The position numbers and the translations under genes are program-made. The notes under the pieces are model-generated. The model searched no databases. It had not been told where the DNA came from and was given only the letters and a program-made list of their open reading frames with translations. 64,000 bases of DNA from Myxococcales bacterium. GTDB lineage: Bacteria; Myxococcota; Myxococcia; Myxococcales; JAJYLH01. Location: assembly GCA_021787845.1 (NCBI GenBank), contig JAJYLH010000015.1, positions 6,059 to 70,058 on the forward strand, read 5' to 3'. Positions 41,301 to 51,618 of the stretch are shown in pieces. The number at the start of each line of letters is the position of its first letter. The first letter of the stretch is position 1.

Positions 41301-42710
41301 TCAGCTCTCCTGGCCGATCGAGAGGGCGGCCGCGGGCTCGAGCTGCCCTGCCGCTGGGCTGCCGGCGATCGCGGACGCGGGCTGCTCCACCGCTTCCGGT
41401 CCCCGTTGGATGCGGTCGTTCATCACGAAGATCCAGAGCGCGAAGAGCAGCAGGTAGACCACGCCGAAGAGGGCGATCGAGGCGAGGATCTGCCCGGGCG
41501 GCACGGTCGTCGAGACCGCGTCGGACGTGCGCAACAGCCCCTGCACGACCCACGGCTGCCGCCCCACGTCGGCGGAGATCCAGCCCAGGTCGTTCGCCGC
41601 GTAGGCCGCGAGAATCGAGAAGGTGAAGACCCACAACAGCCAGCGCTGCGTAAAGAGCTTCTTGCGCCAGAGCATCACCAGCCCGAACAACGTCAGCACG
41701 ATGAAGAAGACGCCCAGCCCCACCATCAGGTGGAACGAGTAGAAGACGCCGAGCGGCGGCCGGTCGCGCGGGGCGAAGGAATCGAGCCCGGTCACCGGCG
41801 CCTTCGCGTTGCTGTGGAGCAGCAGGCTCAAGCCGCCGGGAATCGAAATCGAGGCGTCGAGCTTGTCCGCCTTCGGGTCCGGGATGCCGAAGAGCGCGAG
41901 CCCCGCCGCTCCGCTGGAGTGGAAGTGACCCTCGAAGGCGGCGAGCTTGGCCGGCTGGTACTTCGCCACCTCGCGCGCGTGCAGGTCGCCCGTCACCAAG
42001 GCCGCCAGGGAGAAGACCGCGGCGAACCAGAGCGCCACCGTGAAGCTGCGGCGGGCGAACTCCTCGTGCTTCTTTTTCAAGAGGTACCAGGCCGAGATGC
42101 TCATGACGAAGCAGGCGCCGAGGATGAAGGCGCCGATGAGCACGTGGGTCAGGCGAATCATGGCCGAAGGGTTGAAGACGACCGCCCAGAAGCTGGTGAT
42201 TTCCGCGCGCGTGCCGAACGGCGTCGCGACGAGGTGATACCCCGCCGGCGTCTGCTGCCACGAGTTCGCGACCACGATCCACAGCGCGGAGAAGATGGAG
42301 CCGCCGGCGACCATGACGGTGGAGAAGAAGTGCATCCGGGGCGAGACCTTGTCCCAGCCGAAAACCAGCACCGCGAGAAAGCCGGACTCCAGGAAGAAGG
42401 CGAAGATGCCCTCCGCCGCCAGCGCGGAGCCGAACACGTCGCCGACGAAGCGGGAGTAGGTCGCCCAGTTGGTGCCGAACTGGAATTCCATCACGATGCC
42501 GGTCGCGACCCCGAGCGCGAAGCTGATGGCGAAGAGCTTCACCCAGAACTTCACCGCCGCCTCGTAGATCGGCTGGCGCGTCTTCAGGTGCAGCGCCTCG
42601 AGGATGACGAGCACCCCGCCCATCCCGATGGTCAGCGGCACGAAGAGGTAGTGGAACGTCGCCGTCAGCGCGAACTGCAGGCGCGACAGCGAGACGGCAT
42701 CGAGGCTCAT
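41301..42710 (-). CDS. cydA: Cytochrome bd ubiquinol oxidase subunit I
   Basis: [40 protein letters not shown] and GRQPW. Confidence 0.96.
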   Translation of the reverse strand: MSLDAVSLSRLQFALTATFHYLFVPLTIGMGGVLVILEALHLKTRQPIYEAAVKFWVKLFAISFALGVATGIVMEFQFGTNWATYSRFVGDVFGSALAAEGIFAFFLESGFLAVLVFGWDKVSPRMHFFSTVMVAGGSIFSALWIVVANSWQQTPAGYHLVATPFGTRAEITSFWAVVFNPSAMIRLTHVLIGAFILGACFVMSISAWYLLKKKHEEFARRSFTVALWFAAVFSLAALVTGDLHAREVAKYQPAKLAAFEGHFHSSGAAGLALFGIPDPKADKLDASISIPGGLSLLLHSNAKAPVTGLDSFAPRDRPPLGVFYSFHLMVGLGVFFIVLTLFGLVMLWRKKLFTQRWLLWVFTFSILAAYAANDLGWISADVGRQPWVVQGLLRTSDAVSTTVPPGQILASIALFGVVYLLLFALWIFVMNDRIQRGPEAVEQPASAIAGSPAAGQLEPAAALSIGQES

Positions 42711-42739
42711 GGGAGGCTCCTCTCGGAAAAGCCGCGCGC

Positions 42740-42768
42740 GCTGTACCAGGCACGCACAGCTCGCGCAA
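42740..42768 (-). promoter_or_regulatory. Sigma70-like promoter of cydAB
   Basis: TTGCGC-N17-TACAGC with TG immediately upstream of the -10. Confidence 0.35.
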
Positions 42769-42914
42769 CCTTTTCCGGCGCCGCTGTCGGGAAGCGGAAG
42801 CTTGGACCGACCCGGCGATGGCGAGCCCCCGGATCGCGCCAGGCGACGCCGACGATCGAAGGCGCCCCCGGGCCTGTCGGCTCGCTCGGGTTGCTGACCG
42901 GGTCCGGCGCCAGG

Positions 42915-43161
42915 TCTCCCCCTCCCCGACCCTCTCCCGCATAGAGCAGCGGTTGGCGCCGGCATCGGCGCCCCCCCTCCCCAACCCCTCCCCCGCAACG
43001 AACGCGGGAGAGGGAGGAAAAGACTGCCTTCGCGCAGGCACCGCTAAAGCCCCTCTCCCGCGCTCCATGCGGGGGAGGGGGGGCGCAGCCGCAACCTGAG
43101 CGACCGGGAAGCCAGGTCGGGGAGGCGGGACGCAGCCGCAACCCGAGCCACGCGGGAAGCC
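42915..43161. repeat. Cluster of CCCTCTCCC/GGGAGAGGG hairpins plus a ~30-bp direct repeat
   Basis: Three CCCTC(T/C)CCCGC units. CGCAGCCGCAACC(T/C)GAGC..CGGGAAGCC at 43084-43113 and 43131-43161. Confidence 0.65.
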
Positions 43162-43226
43162 CGCGAAGACACCTTGGCCACCTCAGCGCTCGCGATCGCG
43201 GACCCGTTGCGCTATCAGACGACCAG

Positions 43227-44018
43227 ATGCCGCGGTCGGTCTTGGCAGCAGAGCTCGCGGGCCTCATCACCGCTCGCGCCGAGCGTTGCGGCCTCGTCGG
43301 GCTCTTCTTCGACTACGACGGGACGCTGGTGGACATCGTGCCGCGGCCGGAAGATGCGCGGGCGCCCGAGTCGCTCCGGCAGGCGCTGGGGAATCTCGCC
43401 CGCCTGCCGCGCGTGCGTCTCGCCATCGTCACCGGGCGCTCCCTCGCGAGCTTGCGCGAGCTGGCGGGACCGCTCCCGGGTTGCGTCGTGGCGGCGAACG
43501 GCGGATTCCACCTCCAGGGGGCAGACGGCGACTGGATTCATCCCGGCGTCGAGCCGCTGGTGCCACTCCTCCAGGCGCACGCGAGCGCGCTCGCGCGGGT
43601 CGTCGACCAGCACCCGGGCACCCAGCTCGAGGACAAGGAGCTGTCGCTCTCGGTCCACTTCCGCCGCGCTCCCGAGGCCCGCGACGCGCTCGACGAGGCG
43701 GTGCGGGAATGCGTCCAGGCGACGCCGGGGCTCTTTCGCGTCCTCGAAGGGAAAGCGATCTTCGAAATCCAGCCCGCCATCGACTGGGACAAGGGCAAGG
43801 CGCTCGACCTCCTGTGCGATCGCTGGCACGTGAGCGAAAGCGCGGTGTTCTTCGGCGACGACCGCATCGACGAGCCGGCCTTCGTCGCGGTGCGCGCCCG
43901 CGGCGGGCTCGGCTGCCATGTCGGCGTGACGGATAGCGAGAGCGCCGCCGAGCTGCAGATCGCCACCGTCGCCGAGATGCGCGCGCTCATCGCGCGGCTC
44001 GGCACTCGTCTCGCCTGA
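43227..44018 (+). CDS. otsB: Trehalose-6-phosphate phosphatase (HAD family)
   Basis: FDYDGTL, VTGRS, EDKELSLSVHFR, DKGKA and GDDRIDE. Confidence 0.9.
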   Translation: MPRSVLAAELAGLITARAERCGLVGLFFDYDGTLVDIVPRPEDARAPESLRQALGNLARLPRVRLAIVTGRSLASLRELAGPLPGCVVAANGGFHLQGADGDWIHPGVEPLVPLLQAHASALARVVDQHPGTQLEDKELSLSVHFRRAPEARDALDEAVRECVQATPGLFRVLEGKAIFEIQPAIDWDKGKALDLLCDRWHVSESAVFFGDDRIDEPAFVAVRARGGLGCHVGVTDSESAAELQIATVAEMRALIARLGTRLA

Positions 44019-44064
44019 AGGGTGGTCGCCGTCGCATGGCGCGGGCTGACCTCGCAACCCAAAC

Positions 44065-44144
44065 CGTAGGATGGGTGAAGCGGAGCGGAGCCCATCAGCG
44101 ACGGCCGCCAACGATGGGCTGCGCTACGCTCCACCCATCCTACG
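44065..44144. repeat. GTAG-type REP doublet (REPIN-like), copy 1
   Basis: CGTAGGATGGGTGAAGCG...CGCTCCACCCATCCTACG inverted arms. Confidence 0.8.
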
Positions 44145-44254
44145 AGTTGGCGAACCCGGTCGAGGACCTGCGCGCGGCGCGAGCCGTTCGCGGCTCAGTC
44201 GATCAGGCGATGCGCAGTGGCTCTTTGCCGAACGGCGCCGGCGCGGGTCTTCGT

Positions 44255-45241
44255 CTAGGTCCGCCGCTGGCGCGCGCGCGGATGGGCGGCGTCGTAAGCG
44301 CGGTGGAGCTGCTGGCGTCCGACGTGCGTGTAGATCTCGGTGGTCACGAGCTGGGCGTGGCCGAGCATCGCCTGGACCGAGCGCAGGTCGGCGCCGCCTT
44401 CGAGCAGGTGGGTCGCGAACGAATGGCGCAAGGTGTGGGGTGAGAACGTCCGCCCGATGCCGGCGGCCCGGGCCCAGGATTGCAGCCGCTTCCAGAAGTT
44501 CTGCCGGCTCATCCGCCGCCCGCGACGGGTGACGAAGAGGTCTCGCGAAGCCCTCTCGCCGAGCAGCTTCGCTCTCGCCATCGACACGTATTCGCCGACC
44601 GCTTTCAACGCCCGCCCGCTCACCGGGACCAGCCGGTCCTTCCCGCCCTTGCCGCGCACCCGCACGAGCTGTTGCCGAGCGTCGACGCTGCCGCTCTGCA
44701 ACCCGCACAGCTCGCTCACCCGCAAGCCCGACGCGTAGAGCAAGAACAGCATCGCCCGGTCGCGCACCACCTCCGGCTCCTCGCCTTGCGGCGCCGCGAG
44801 CAGCGCCTGCACCTCCTCGGCGGTCAACGATTCCGGGAGCTTGCGCGTCAGCTTGGGCCCGCGGACCTCTTCGGTCGGGTCGGGCGCGTCCTCCCGCCGC
44901 TCGGCCCGATGCCGATGGAACGCCCGCACCGCCGACAGCATCCGCGCGCTCGACCGCGGCCCCACTCCTTCGGTCGCCAGGCGCGCGAGAAACCGCTCGA
45001 CGTGGGCGCGGGTGCCCGAATCGGCGTCGTCGATGCCCTCCTCGGCCAGCACCGCGAGATAGCGGCGTACGTCGCGCGCGTACGCCTCGACCGTGTGCGG
45101 GCTCATCGCCCGCTCCGCTCGCAGGTGGTGGACAAAGGCTTCCAGGGCGCCATCCAGCCCCGGGGGGAGCGGCACCGGCGCCGCGGGGCTCGAAGGTGCC
45201 TTGGCCACGACCGCTCCCGTCGCGGCGCGCTGGGGCCTCAA
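44255..45241 (-). CDS. xerD: Site-specific tyrosine recombinase XerD (start uncertain)
   Basis: RDRAML..LYASGLRVSEL, GKGGKDRLVP, MSRQNFW and SPHTLRHSFATHLLEGGADLRSVQAMLGHA..TTEIYTHV. Confidence 0.9.
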   Translation of the reverse strand: MRPQRAATGAVVAKAPSSPAAPVPLPPGLDGALEAFVHHLRAERAMSPHTVEAYARDVRRYLAVLAEEGIDDADSGTRAHVERFLARLATEGVGPRSSARMLSAVRAFHRHRAERREDAPDPTEEVRGPKLTRKLPESLTAEEVQALLAAPQGEEPEVVRDRAMLFLLYASGLRVSELCGLQSGSVDARQQLVRVRGKGGKDRLVPVSGRALKAVGEYVSMARAKLLGERASRDLFVTRRGRRMSRQNFWKRLQSWARAAGIGRTFSPHTLRHSFATHLLEGGADLRSVQAMLGHAQLVTTEIYTHVGRQQLHRAYDAAHPRARQRRT

Positions 45242-45855
45242 GCGAGCCCGGCCACGTCGCCCTTGCCCATCCGCAGCACCACCGGCTCGTCACCGGTCAG
45301 GTCGAGCACCGTCGACGGCTCGTCGAGCTGGTAGCCGCCGTCGATGACCAGCTCCAGCCCGTGCCCGAGCAGGTCCTGGATGTCGGACGGATCGATGAGC
45401 ACCTGGCCGTCGGGCGTCGAGGCGCTGGTCGAAATCAAGGGTCTGCCGAGGCCCTTCACCAGAGCGAGAGCGATAGGGCTGTCCGGCACCCGAATGCCCA
45501 CCGTCTTCTGCTTGGTCACCGCGATCTTCGGCACCAGGTTCGTCGCCTCGAGCACGAAGGTGTACGGACCCGGCGTCAGCCGGCGCATCGTCGCGAAGGC
45601 CGGGTTCGACACCCGCGCGTACCGCGACACGTCCGACAGGTCGGGGCAGATGAAGCTGAGCGGCTTGGACCGCGGCCGGGCCTTGAGCTGGTAGATGCGC
45701 TCGATGGCCTTCTTCTCGAAGAGGTCGCAGCCGACGCCGTAGTAGGTGTCGGTCGGGTAGGCGACGAGCCCGCCCGCCTCGAGCACGGCGACGCACCGGT
45801 CGATGTGCCGCGGCTGCGGGTGGCGCGGGTCGATGGAGAGAATCGGAGCCGACAT
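45238..45855 (-). CDS. Sua5/YciO/YrdC-family threonylcarbamoyl-AMP synthase
   Basis: YPTDTYYG, KARPRSKPL, PGPYTF, GIRVPD, STSA and PSTVLD. Confidence 0.9.
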   Translation of the reverse strand: MSAPILSIDPRHPQPRHIDRCVAVLEAGGLVAYPTDTYYGVGCDLFEKKAIERIYQLKARPRSKPLSFICPDLSDVSRYARVSNPAFATMRRLTPGPYTFVLEATNLVPKIAVTKQKTVGIRVPDSPIALALVKGLGRPLISTSASTPDGQVLIDPSDIQDLLGHGLELVIDGGYQLDEPSTVLDLTGDEPVVLRMGKGDVAGLA

Positions 45856-45911
45856 CGGCGACGCAGGCTGGCACGACCGCGGTCGAAAGTCCAGCGGTAG
45901 AGTAAGCAAGC

Positions 45912-45996
45912 CGCAGGATGGGTGAAGCGCCAGCGAAACTCAGCGGCTGGCGACCGCACAGAACGATGGGGTCCGCTCTGCTCCACCCATCCTACG
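45912..45996. repeat. GTAG-type REP doublet, copy 2
   Basis: CGCAGGATGGGTGAAGCG...GCTCCACCCATCCTACG, same orientation as copy 1. Confidence 0.8.
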
Positions 45997-46041
45997 TCGC
46001 ACCGGATGGTCGGTCCTCGCGGGACGGACATCCGCGCTCGG

Positions 46042-47244
46042 TCAGGTCCGGTATTCGGCGTTGATCTTCACGTACTCGGCCGAGAAGTCGCAGGTATAGA
46101 TGCTCTTCGAATAGGTTCCGCGCCCCAGCCGCACCACCACGGTGAAGGCGCGCTTCTTCATCTGCTCCTGCGCGTCGGCCTCCGCTTCCGGACCGAGGCC
46201 CACGCCGTTTTCGACCAGGTCGGCGCCGTCGACGGAAATCGAGACGCGGGCGGGGTCGAGGGTGAAGCCGCAGGCGCCGGCGGCGGCCATCATCCGGCCC
46301 CAGTTCGCGTCGGCCGCGTGCCAGGCGGTCTTCACGAGCGGGCTGTTGGCGATGCGCCGCGCGACCTGGTCCGCCTCCAGCGGGCTGAACGCCTCCTCGA
46401 CGCGCACCTCGACGAGCTTGGTCGCGCCCTCCCCGTCCGCCGCAATCTGCTTCGCGAGGTCGAGGCACACGTCGAACACGAGCTGGCGCAAGGCGTCGTA
46501 GCCCGGCCCCTGCGCCTCGGTGATGGGCGGGCTCTTCGCGACGCCGCTCGCCAGCAAGTAGAGCGTGTCGTTGGTCGAGGTGTCGCCGTCGACGGTGACC
46601 GCGTTGAAGGTGTCGGCCGCACAGGCGCGCAAGAGCTCCAGGAGCGGTCCCGGGGAGATGGTGGCGTCGGTCGCGAGGCAGGCGAGCATCGTCGCCATGT
46701 CCGGCATGATCATCCCGGCGCCCTTGCAGGCGCCGGCGACGGTGACCCGGCGGCCGAACAGCTCCCCCTGCCGCCAGGCGACCTTCTCGTGGGTGTCGGT
46801 GGTGGTGATCGCCCGAGCGAAATCGCGCAGCCCCTCCGGTCTGAGCGCCGCCACCAGCGCCGGCACCGCCGCCTCGATGCGGTCCACCGCGAGCGGCGCG
46901 CCGATGACCCCGGTCGACGCGATGAGCACCTCCGCCGGGTCGACGCCGAGCGCCTCTTCGAGGCTCCCCGCCATCCGCTCCGCCGCGCGCTCACCCGCCT
47001 CGCCGGTGCAGGCGTTGGCGCCCCCGGCGTTCATCAGCACCGCTCTCGCATAGCCCGCCGCCGCCTTCGGCCTGGACAGCAAGACCGGTGCCGCTGCCAT
47101 GTCGCTCTGGGTGAAGATGCCGGCGCAGGTCGCGAGCTCGTCGGCCACGAGCAGCGCGAAGTCGGGCCGCCCCGGCCGCGTCCGCAACCCCGCTTCCACG
47201 CCCGCCCAGCGAAAGCCGGGGACCACGACGTCGTCTCGGTTCAT
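46042..47244 (-). CDS. argJ: Glutamate N-acetyltransferase / ornithine acetyltransferase
   Basis: ANACTG, STGVIG, KGAGMIMPDMATML, DGDTSTND and DGEGATK. Confidence 0.96.
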   Translation of the reverse strand: MNRDDVVVPGFRWAGVEAGLRTRPGRPDFALLVADELATCAGIFTQSDMAAAPVLLSRPKAAAGYARAVLMNAGGANACTGEAGERAAERMAGSLEEALGVDPAEVLIASTGVIGAPLAVDRIEAAVPALVAALRPEGLRDFARAITTTDTHEKVAWRQGELFGRRVTVAGACKGAGMIMPDMATMLACLATDATISPGPLLELLRACAADTFNAVTVDGDTSTNDTLYLLASGVAKSPPITEAQGPGYDALRQLVFDVCLDLAKQIAADGEGATKLVEVRVEEAFSPLEADQVARRIANSPLVKTAWHAADANWGRMMAAAGACGFTLDPARVSISVDGADLVENGVGLGPEAEADAQEQMKKRAFTVVVRLGRGTYSKSIYTCDFSAEYVKINAEYRT

Positions 47245-47259
47245 CTGCGCTCCAGGCAG

Positions 47260-47299
47260 GTCGGACCGATCGGACCGATCCGACCGATCGGTCTGATCG
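47260..47299. repeat. GATC 9-bp-period array 6
   Basis: GATC at 47268, 47277, 47286 and 47295, just upstream of the argJ RBS. Confidence 0.9.
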
Positions 47300-47341
47300 T
47301 GCCAGTGGCCGCCGCGTCGGCCCGGCCGCGTCGGGCGCGAC

Positions 47342-47809
47342 TCACCACGTGGTCGTGACCTCTCCGGAGAGCGTCGCCCGGTCGATCACCAGGTCGAACT
47401 TCGCCGCCTGCGTCGTGCCCCGGGGCGGCTGGGCGCTCGCGCCGAGACCGGCGATGCTCGAGCTGCTGTCGGACGCGAGGGTCTTGCCGCCGGACAGCTT
47501 CGCTCCTGCCGTCCAGGGGTTGCCCTGGCGAAAGTGGACGAGGAGCTTCACGTTGCCGCTGTCCACCGTCCAGGCGAAGCCGTCGTTGCAGCTCGAGCGC
47601 GTGACCAAGGCGGCACCGGCGCAGCTCACCGTCACGCCGTCGGCCTTCCCCGCGCAGGTGTCGAACCGAGACTCGGTCACGCCGAGCTGCTGGAGGCTCG
47701 CGGGGTAGAGCTGGACGCCGCCGGTCGCCACCGCGCACGGGTCGTCGGTCTGGCCGCAGCCCGCGAGGGCGAGCGCCAGTATCAACACGAGCGGGAAGCG
47801 CCTCCTCAT
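47342..47809 (-). CDS. Hypothetical lipoprotein
   Basis: MRRRFPLVLILALALAGC lipobox. Beta-rich mature part with several Cys. Confidence 0.65.
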   Translation of the reverse strand: MRRRFPLVLILALALAGCGQTDDPCAVATGGVQLYPASLQQLGVTESRFDTCAGKADGVTVSCAGAALVTRSSCNDGFAWTVDSGNVKLLVHFRQGNPWTAGAKLSGGKTLASDSSSSIAGLGASAQPPRGTTQAAKFDLVIDRATLSGEVTTTW

Positions 47810-47958
47810 GGGCCGGCGAATGTACGCCATCCCAAGGCGGCGCGGCCGGTCGGTCTCTCGAGGCGCCGGGGCCGCTTTCGCAGCGCCGTTTATTTGCCGC
47901 GCCCGCCAGCGTCGGCGTAGAGTCCGGCGCCGCAGGTTCGTGGTCGTCGGAGTCGCTC

Positions 47959-48642
47959 ATGGCGGTCCTGAGGGGCCTGTCCGAGCAAGTCTCACAGGAG
48001 GTGGTGGAGCTCGATGCCGACGGCACCAGCGTCGGCCGCGCGGACAATCAGCAGCTCGTCCTGCACGACGGCAGCGTTTCTGGGAAGCACGCGCGCATCT
48101 GGTGCGAGACCAAGTGGCTGGTGCAGGACCTGGGCTCGACCAATGGCACCCTCTTGAACGGCGCGATGCTGGACGCGCACGAGGTCTTCGAGCTGGCCGA
48201 CGGCGACCGGGTCTCGTTCGGGCGGGTGACGATGGAGTTCCAGGCGGCGGGGGCCAGCGGCGCTCTCGCCGAGGCGCGCGCGGCGCTCGACGCGGCGGAA
48301 GCGGCGCTCAACGCGATGCGCGACGAGATTGCGCTGTTGCGCGACCACGCCGCCAAGCAGGACGAGGCGATTCGTTCGCGCGACGAGGCGCTCGCCGAAT
48401 GGGAACGGCGGATGGAGTCGGTCAACTCGTCGTGGGTGAGCAAGGAGGACTTCCAGAAGGAGCTCGCCCGCGAAAAGGAGAAGCTCGACCTCGCGGCGCA
48501 AGGGCGGATCGACGCGGCGGTGCGCCGGTACAACGAGATGGAAGCGCGCTACGTGCAGAGCCAGGCCAAGCTCGAGACCGCGGAGAAGAGCCTGCGCGAG
48601 AAGGAAGACGAGCTTCGGCTGCTGGCGCTCAAGCGCGCCTGA
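47959..48642 (+). CDS. FHA-domain protein with C-terminal coiled coil
   Basis: VGR, SVSGKHA and DLGSTNGT FHA motifs, followed by an E/K/R heptad-rich tail. Confidence 0.88.
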   Translation: MAVLRGLSEQVSQEVVELDADGTSVGRADNQQLVLHDGSVSGKHARIWCETKWLVQDLGSTNGTLLNGAMLDAHEVFELADGDRVSFGRVTMEFQAAGASGALAEARAALDAAEAALNAMRDEIALLRDHAAKQDEAIRSRDEALAEWERRMESVNSSWVSKEDFQKELAREKEKLDLAAQGRIDAAVRRYNEMEARYVQSQAKLETAEKSLREKEDELRLLALKRA

Positions 48643-48653
48643 AGGCTTTGGGA

Positions 48654-49970
48654 ATGCGACTCGTCGCCGGTTTGAGCATCCTCCTCGGGGCTCTCGCCTG
48701 TTCGAACCCAGCGGGTGCGCCGCCGGGAAGCGGAAAGCCGGACGCCGGCGCAGGGGACGCCGGCTCGTCCGGTCAGGCAGCCCAGGAGCCCTCCTGCACC
48801 AAGCCGGCGAAGGCGGGTGAGGCGTTCGCCGTCGACCCGGCGCACCAGACCGAGATCCCCGGGCGGGTCGCCTTCGACGGGACGCTCTGGCTCAGCTACT
48901 CCCACGCGGCCGACGACGGCTCGGCGGACTTCGACGTCGCGCTGACGCGCCTGGGCTGCGACGGCACGGTGGCGATGTCGCCGGAGACGCTCAGCCACGC
49001 GGCGAGCTCCAACGACGTCGATTCGACGATCGCGCTCGGCGCCGACCGCCTCCTGGTCGCCTGGAGCGCGGACGACCACGGCGACCAGCCGAACCTCTCG
49101 CTGCGCTACACCGAGCTCGAGCTCGACGGGAGCGCTCTCGTTCCCGAGACGGCGCTTTCGACGACCAGCGGCGGCGAGCCGGCGAGCGCCAACGTGTGGC
49201 AGCCGTCGGTCGCGCCGCTTCCCGGGGGCGGTTTCGTCGTCGCCGGCACCCGCGGCATCGTCGGCGAGCCCGGAGGCTTTCGGGCGTTCATCCAGAGAAT
49301 CGACGCGGAGGGCAGACCCTCGGGGCCGACGGTGGACGTCCCGGCGAGCGCCGACTCGCAGAGCTCGATGTCCAACCCCGCGCTCGCTAAGGACCCGGCG
49401 GGCGACCTGATGCTCGCGTGGTCCGCCGAGCCCGCCTCGGGCGCGCCGACGATGCAAGAGGCGTTGCTGGAATCCAACGGCACCTTCTTCGGCCCGACCA
49501 CCGCCGTCGTCGGCGCCGGCGCCGGCTACGGCCAGTATCCGAGCGCCGGTTTCGCGCCCTGGGCGCCGCGCGCGTTCCTGGCGTTCGAGGACGACGCCGA
49601 TTCTCCCTCGACGATCCTGGTCAAGGACGCCTTCGCCGGCGGGACCGCGGCGACGCTCGAGCTCCAGTCCCCGCCCGGGTCGTTGAGCACGGGCCCAGCG
49701 GTTGCGGTGTCGAAGACCGGCGGCGCCGTCGCCTGGTTCGGCGAGAACCAGACCACCGGCGGCCGGGCGATTCTGGCGCAGGCGTTCGCCTTTGACGGTA
49801 CGAGCTTTACGGCAGGGGCGCAGGTGACCGTCTCGGGGACCGGCCGGGTCGCGCCCGACGCGCCGACGCTCGCGCACGTCGATGGCGACCTCTGGTTCGT
49901 CGCCTGGGCGCAAGGAACCGGGTCGGACCTGACGATGGAAGGGCGGTTCGTCGAGCTGCCGCAAAGCTGA
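48654..49970 (+). CDS. Hypothetical lipoprotein with beta-propeller-like repeats
   Basis: [16 protein letters not shown] lipobox and repeated P-x-(V/L)A...(V/L)AW blades. Confidence 0.7.
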   Translation: MRLVAGLSILLGALACSNPAGAPPGSGKPDAGAGDAGSSGQAAQEPSCTKPAKAGEAFAVDPAHQTEIPGRVAFDGTLWLSYSHAADDGSADFDVALTRLGCDGTVAMSPETLSHAASSNDVDSTIALGADRLLVAWSADDHGDQPNLSLRYTELELDGSALVPETALSTTSGGEPASANVWQPSVAPLPGGGFVVAGTRGIVGEPGGFRAFIQRIDAEGRPSGPTVDVPASADSQSSMSNPALAKDPAGDLMLAWSAEPASGAPTMQEALLESNGTFFGPTTAVVGAGAGYGQYPSAGFAPWAPRAFLAFEDDADSPSTILVKDAFAGGTAATLELQSPPGSLSTGPAVAVSKTGGAVAWFGENQTTGGRAILAQAFAFDGTSFTAGAQVTVSGTGRVAPDAPTLAHVDGDLWFVAWAQGTGSDLTMEGRFVELPQS

Positions 49971-50035
49971 GGGGGAGAGCTTGCGGGTGGTTCGCCCACG
50001 CTGGTCCTGGCGTGGGGGCCGGAGCTGCCGCCATC

Positions 50036-50093
50036 GACCGATCCGACCGATCCGACCGATCCGACCGATCGGTCTGATCGGTCTGATCGGTCT
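50036..50093. repeat. GATC 9-bp-period array 7, at the end of the truncated spc operon
   Basis: GATC at 50040, 50049, 50058, 50067, 50076 and 50085. Confidence 0.92.
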
Positions 50094-50141
50094 CGCCGAC
50101 GGCGGCGCTCTTAGGCGGCAAAGGCGAGGGTCGGCCGGCCG

Positions 50142-50327
50142 CTACCAGCTCGACTTCGTCACGCCGGGGATTTCGCCCTTGAGCGCGCGGGAGCGGAAGC
50201 AGATGCGGCACATCCCGAACTTGCGCAAGAAGCCGCGGGGCCGGCCGCACAACGGGCAGCGGTTGTAGGCGCGCACCTTGAACTTCTGCTTGCGCGTCGC
50301 CTGGACGATTTTCGAGGTCTTGGCCAA
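50142..50327 (-). CDS. rpsZ: 30S ribosomal protein S14 type Z (zinc-binding)
   Basis: 61 aa, RCPLCGR...[18 protein letters not shown] start. Confidence 0.97.
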   Translation of the reverse strand: MAKTSKIVQATRKQKFKVRAYNRCPLCGRPRGFLRKFGMCRICFRSRALKGEIPGVTKSSW

Positions 50328-50380
50328 GCTTCAAACTCCCTTGGAGCCCTAGCGCCTAGTGGCGCCGCTCCTGCCCCACG

Positions 50381-51112
50381 CTACTGCCGAAACGGCATCC
50401 CGAGGTGCTTGAGGAGCGACCGCGCCTCCTCGTCCGACCGCGCGCTGGTGACGACGGTGATGTTCATCCCTTTGATCTTGTCCACCTGGTCGTAGACGAT
50501 TTCCGGGAAGATGATCTGCTCGCGCAGCCCGAGGGTGTAGTTGCCCTTGCCGTCGAAGGCCTTGGGCGAGACGCCCTTGAAGTCGCGCACGCGCGGCAGG
50601 GCGATGGAGACGAGCCGGTCCAGGAACTCGAACATCCGGTCGTTACGCAGGGTCACCATCGCGCCGACCGACTGGCCCTGGCGGAGCTTGAAATTCGCGA
50701 TCGACTTGCGGGCCTTGGTGATCACCGGCTTCTGCCCGGTGATCGTCGCGAGCTGCTCGACGCCGCTGTCGAGGATCTTCGCGTTGGCGATGGCCTCGCC
50801 CAGACCCATGTTGACGACGATCTTCTGCAGCCTCGGCACCTGCATCGCGTTCTGGTAGCCGAACTCCTTCATCAGGGCGGGCACGATTTCGTCGCGGTAC
50901 CGCAGGCGCAGCCGCGCCGGCACCTTGCCCCGCGCCGCCGGCTGGGCGTCGAGCGGACCGCCGAACGCCACCTGGCCCTTCTTGTGCCCGCCGCCGGCCG
51001 GCTTCTTGTCGCCCTTCTTCTCGGGCTTCTCGGCTTTGCCCGCGGGCTTCGCTTCCGCCGCGGGAGCCTTGGCTGGCTTCTTCTCTGCCTTTTCCTTCTT
51101 TTCCTCGGCCAT
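50381..51112 (-). CDS. rplE: 50S ribosomal protein L5 with ~60-aa N-terminal extension
   Basis: [26 protein letters not shown] and GNYTLG. GGAGG before MAEEKK. Confidence 0.96.
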   Translation of the reverse strand: MAEEKKEKAEKKPAKAPAAEAKPAGKAEKPEKKGDKKPAGGGHKKGQVAFGGPLDAQPAARGKVPARLRLRYRDEIVPALMKEFGYQNAMQVPRLQKIVVNMGLGEAIANAKILDSGVEQLATITGQKPVITKARKSIANFKLRQGQSVGAMVTLRNDRMFEFLDRLVSIALPRVRDFKGVSPKAFDGKGNYTLGLREQIIFPEIVYDQVDKIKGMNITVVTSARSDEEARSLLKHLGMPFRQ

Positions 51113-51245
51113 CAGGTCGTCCTCGCCGCCGGGACCGGTCGAGCTTCGAGAGGCTCGCCGCACCGGCGATGTCCGCGCGACGAAAAGGCGCGCGGGGGTG
51201 TCAAGGAGGCCGGCACCGCTCTCGCCGGTCTCCAGCCGTGCCGTT

Positions 51246-51572
51246 CTACTTGGTGTCGAGCACCGCGCCCTTGAGCGGGCCCCGCCCGACCCGGACCTTG
51301 TGGTCGCCTTCGAAGCGGATGCCGATGCGGGTGGTCTTCCCGCTCGCCGGGTCGACGATCATCACCTTCGAGGCGTCGATGGTGCCGTTCTTCTCGATGA
51401 TGCCGCCTTCCGGGTAGTCCTGGTTGCGCCCGGCCTTGTAGTGGCGCTTGTACATCGCGACGTGCTCGACCCGGAGGCGGTTCTCCTGGGGCAGCACCTC
51501 CAGCACCCGGCCGGTCTTCCCCTTGTCCTTGCCGGAGATCACCTTGACCGTGTCGCCCTTCTTGATCTTCAT
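51246..51572 (-). CDS. rplX: 50S ribosomal protein L24
   Basis: [20 protein letters not shown] motif. Confidence 0.97.
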   Translation of the reverse strand: MKIKKGDTVKVISGKDKGKTGRVLEVLPQENRLRVEHVAMYKRHYKAGRNQDYPEGGIIEKNGTIDASKVMIVDPASGKTTRIGIRFEGDHKVRVGRGPLKGAVLDTK

Positions 51573-51618
51573 CGCTTCTCCTCGGGACCGCTGCCGCTGA
51601 CCTTCGCCCCAGGCGAAG

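Noticed and set aside
44255-45241. Tyrosine recombinase as a prophage or island integrase
   Set aside because: It has XerD-type motifs and housekeeping neighbours, with no phage genes or att repeats.
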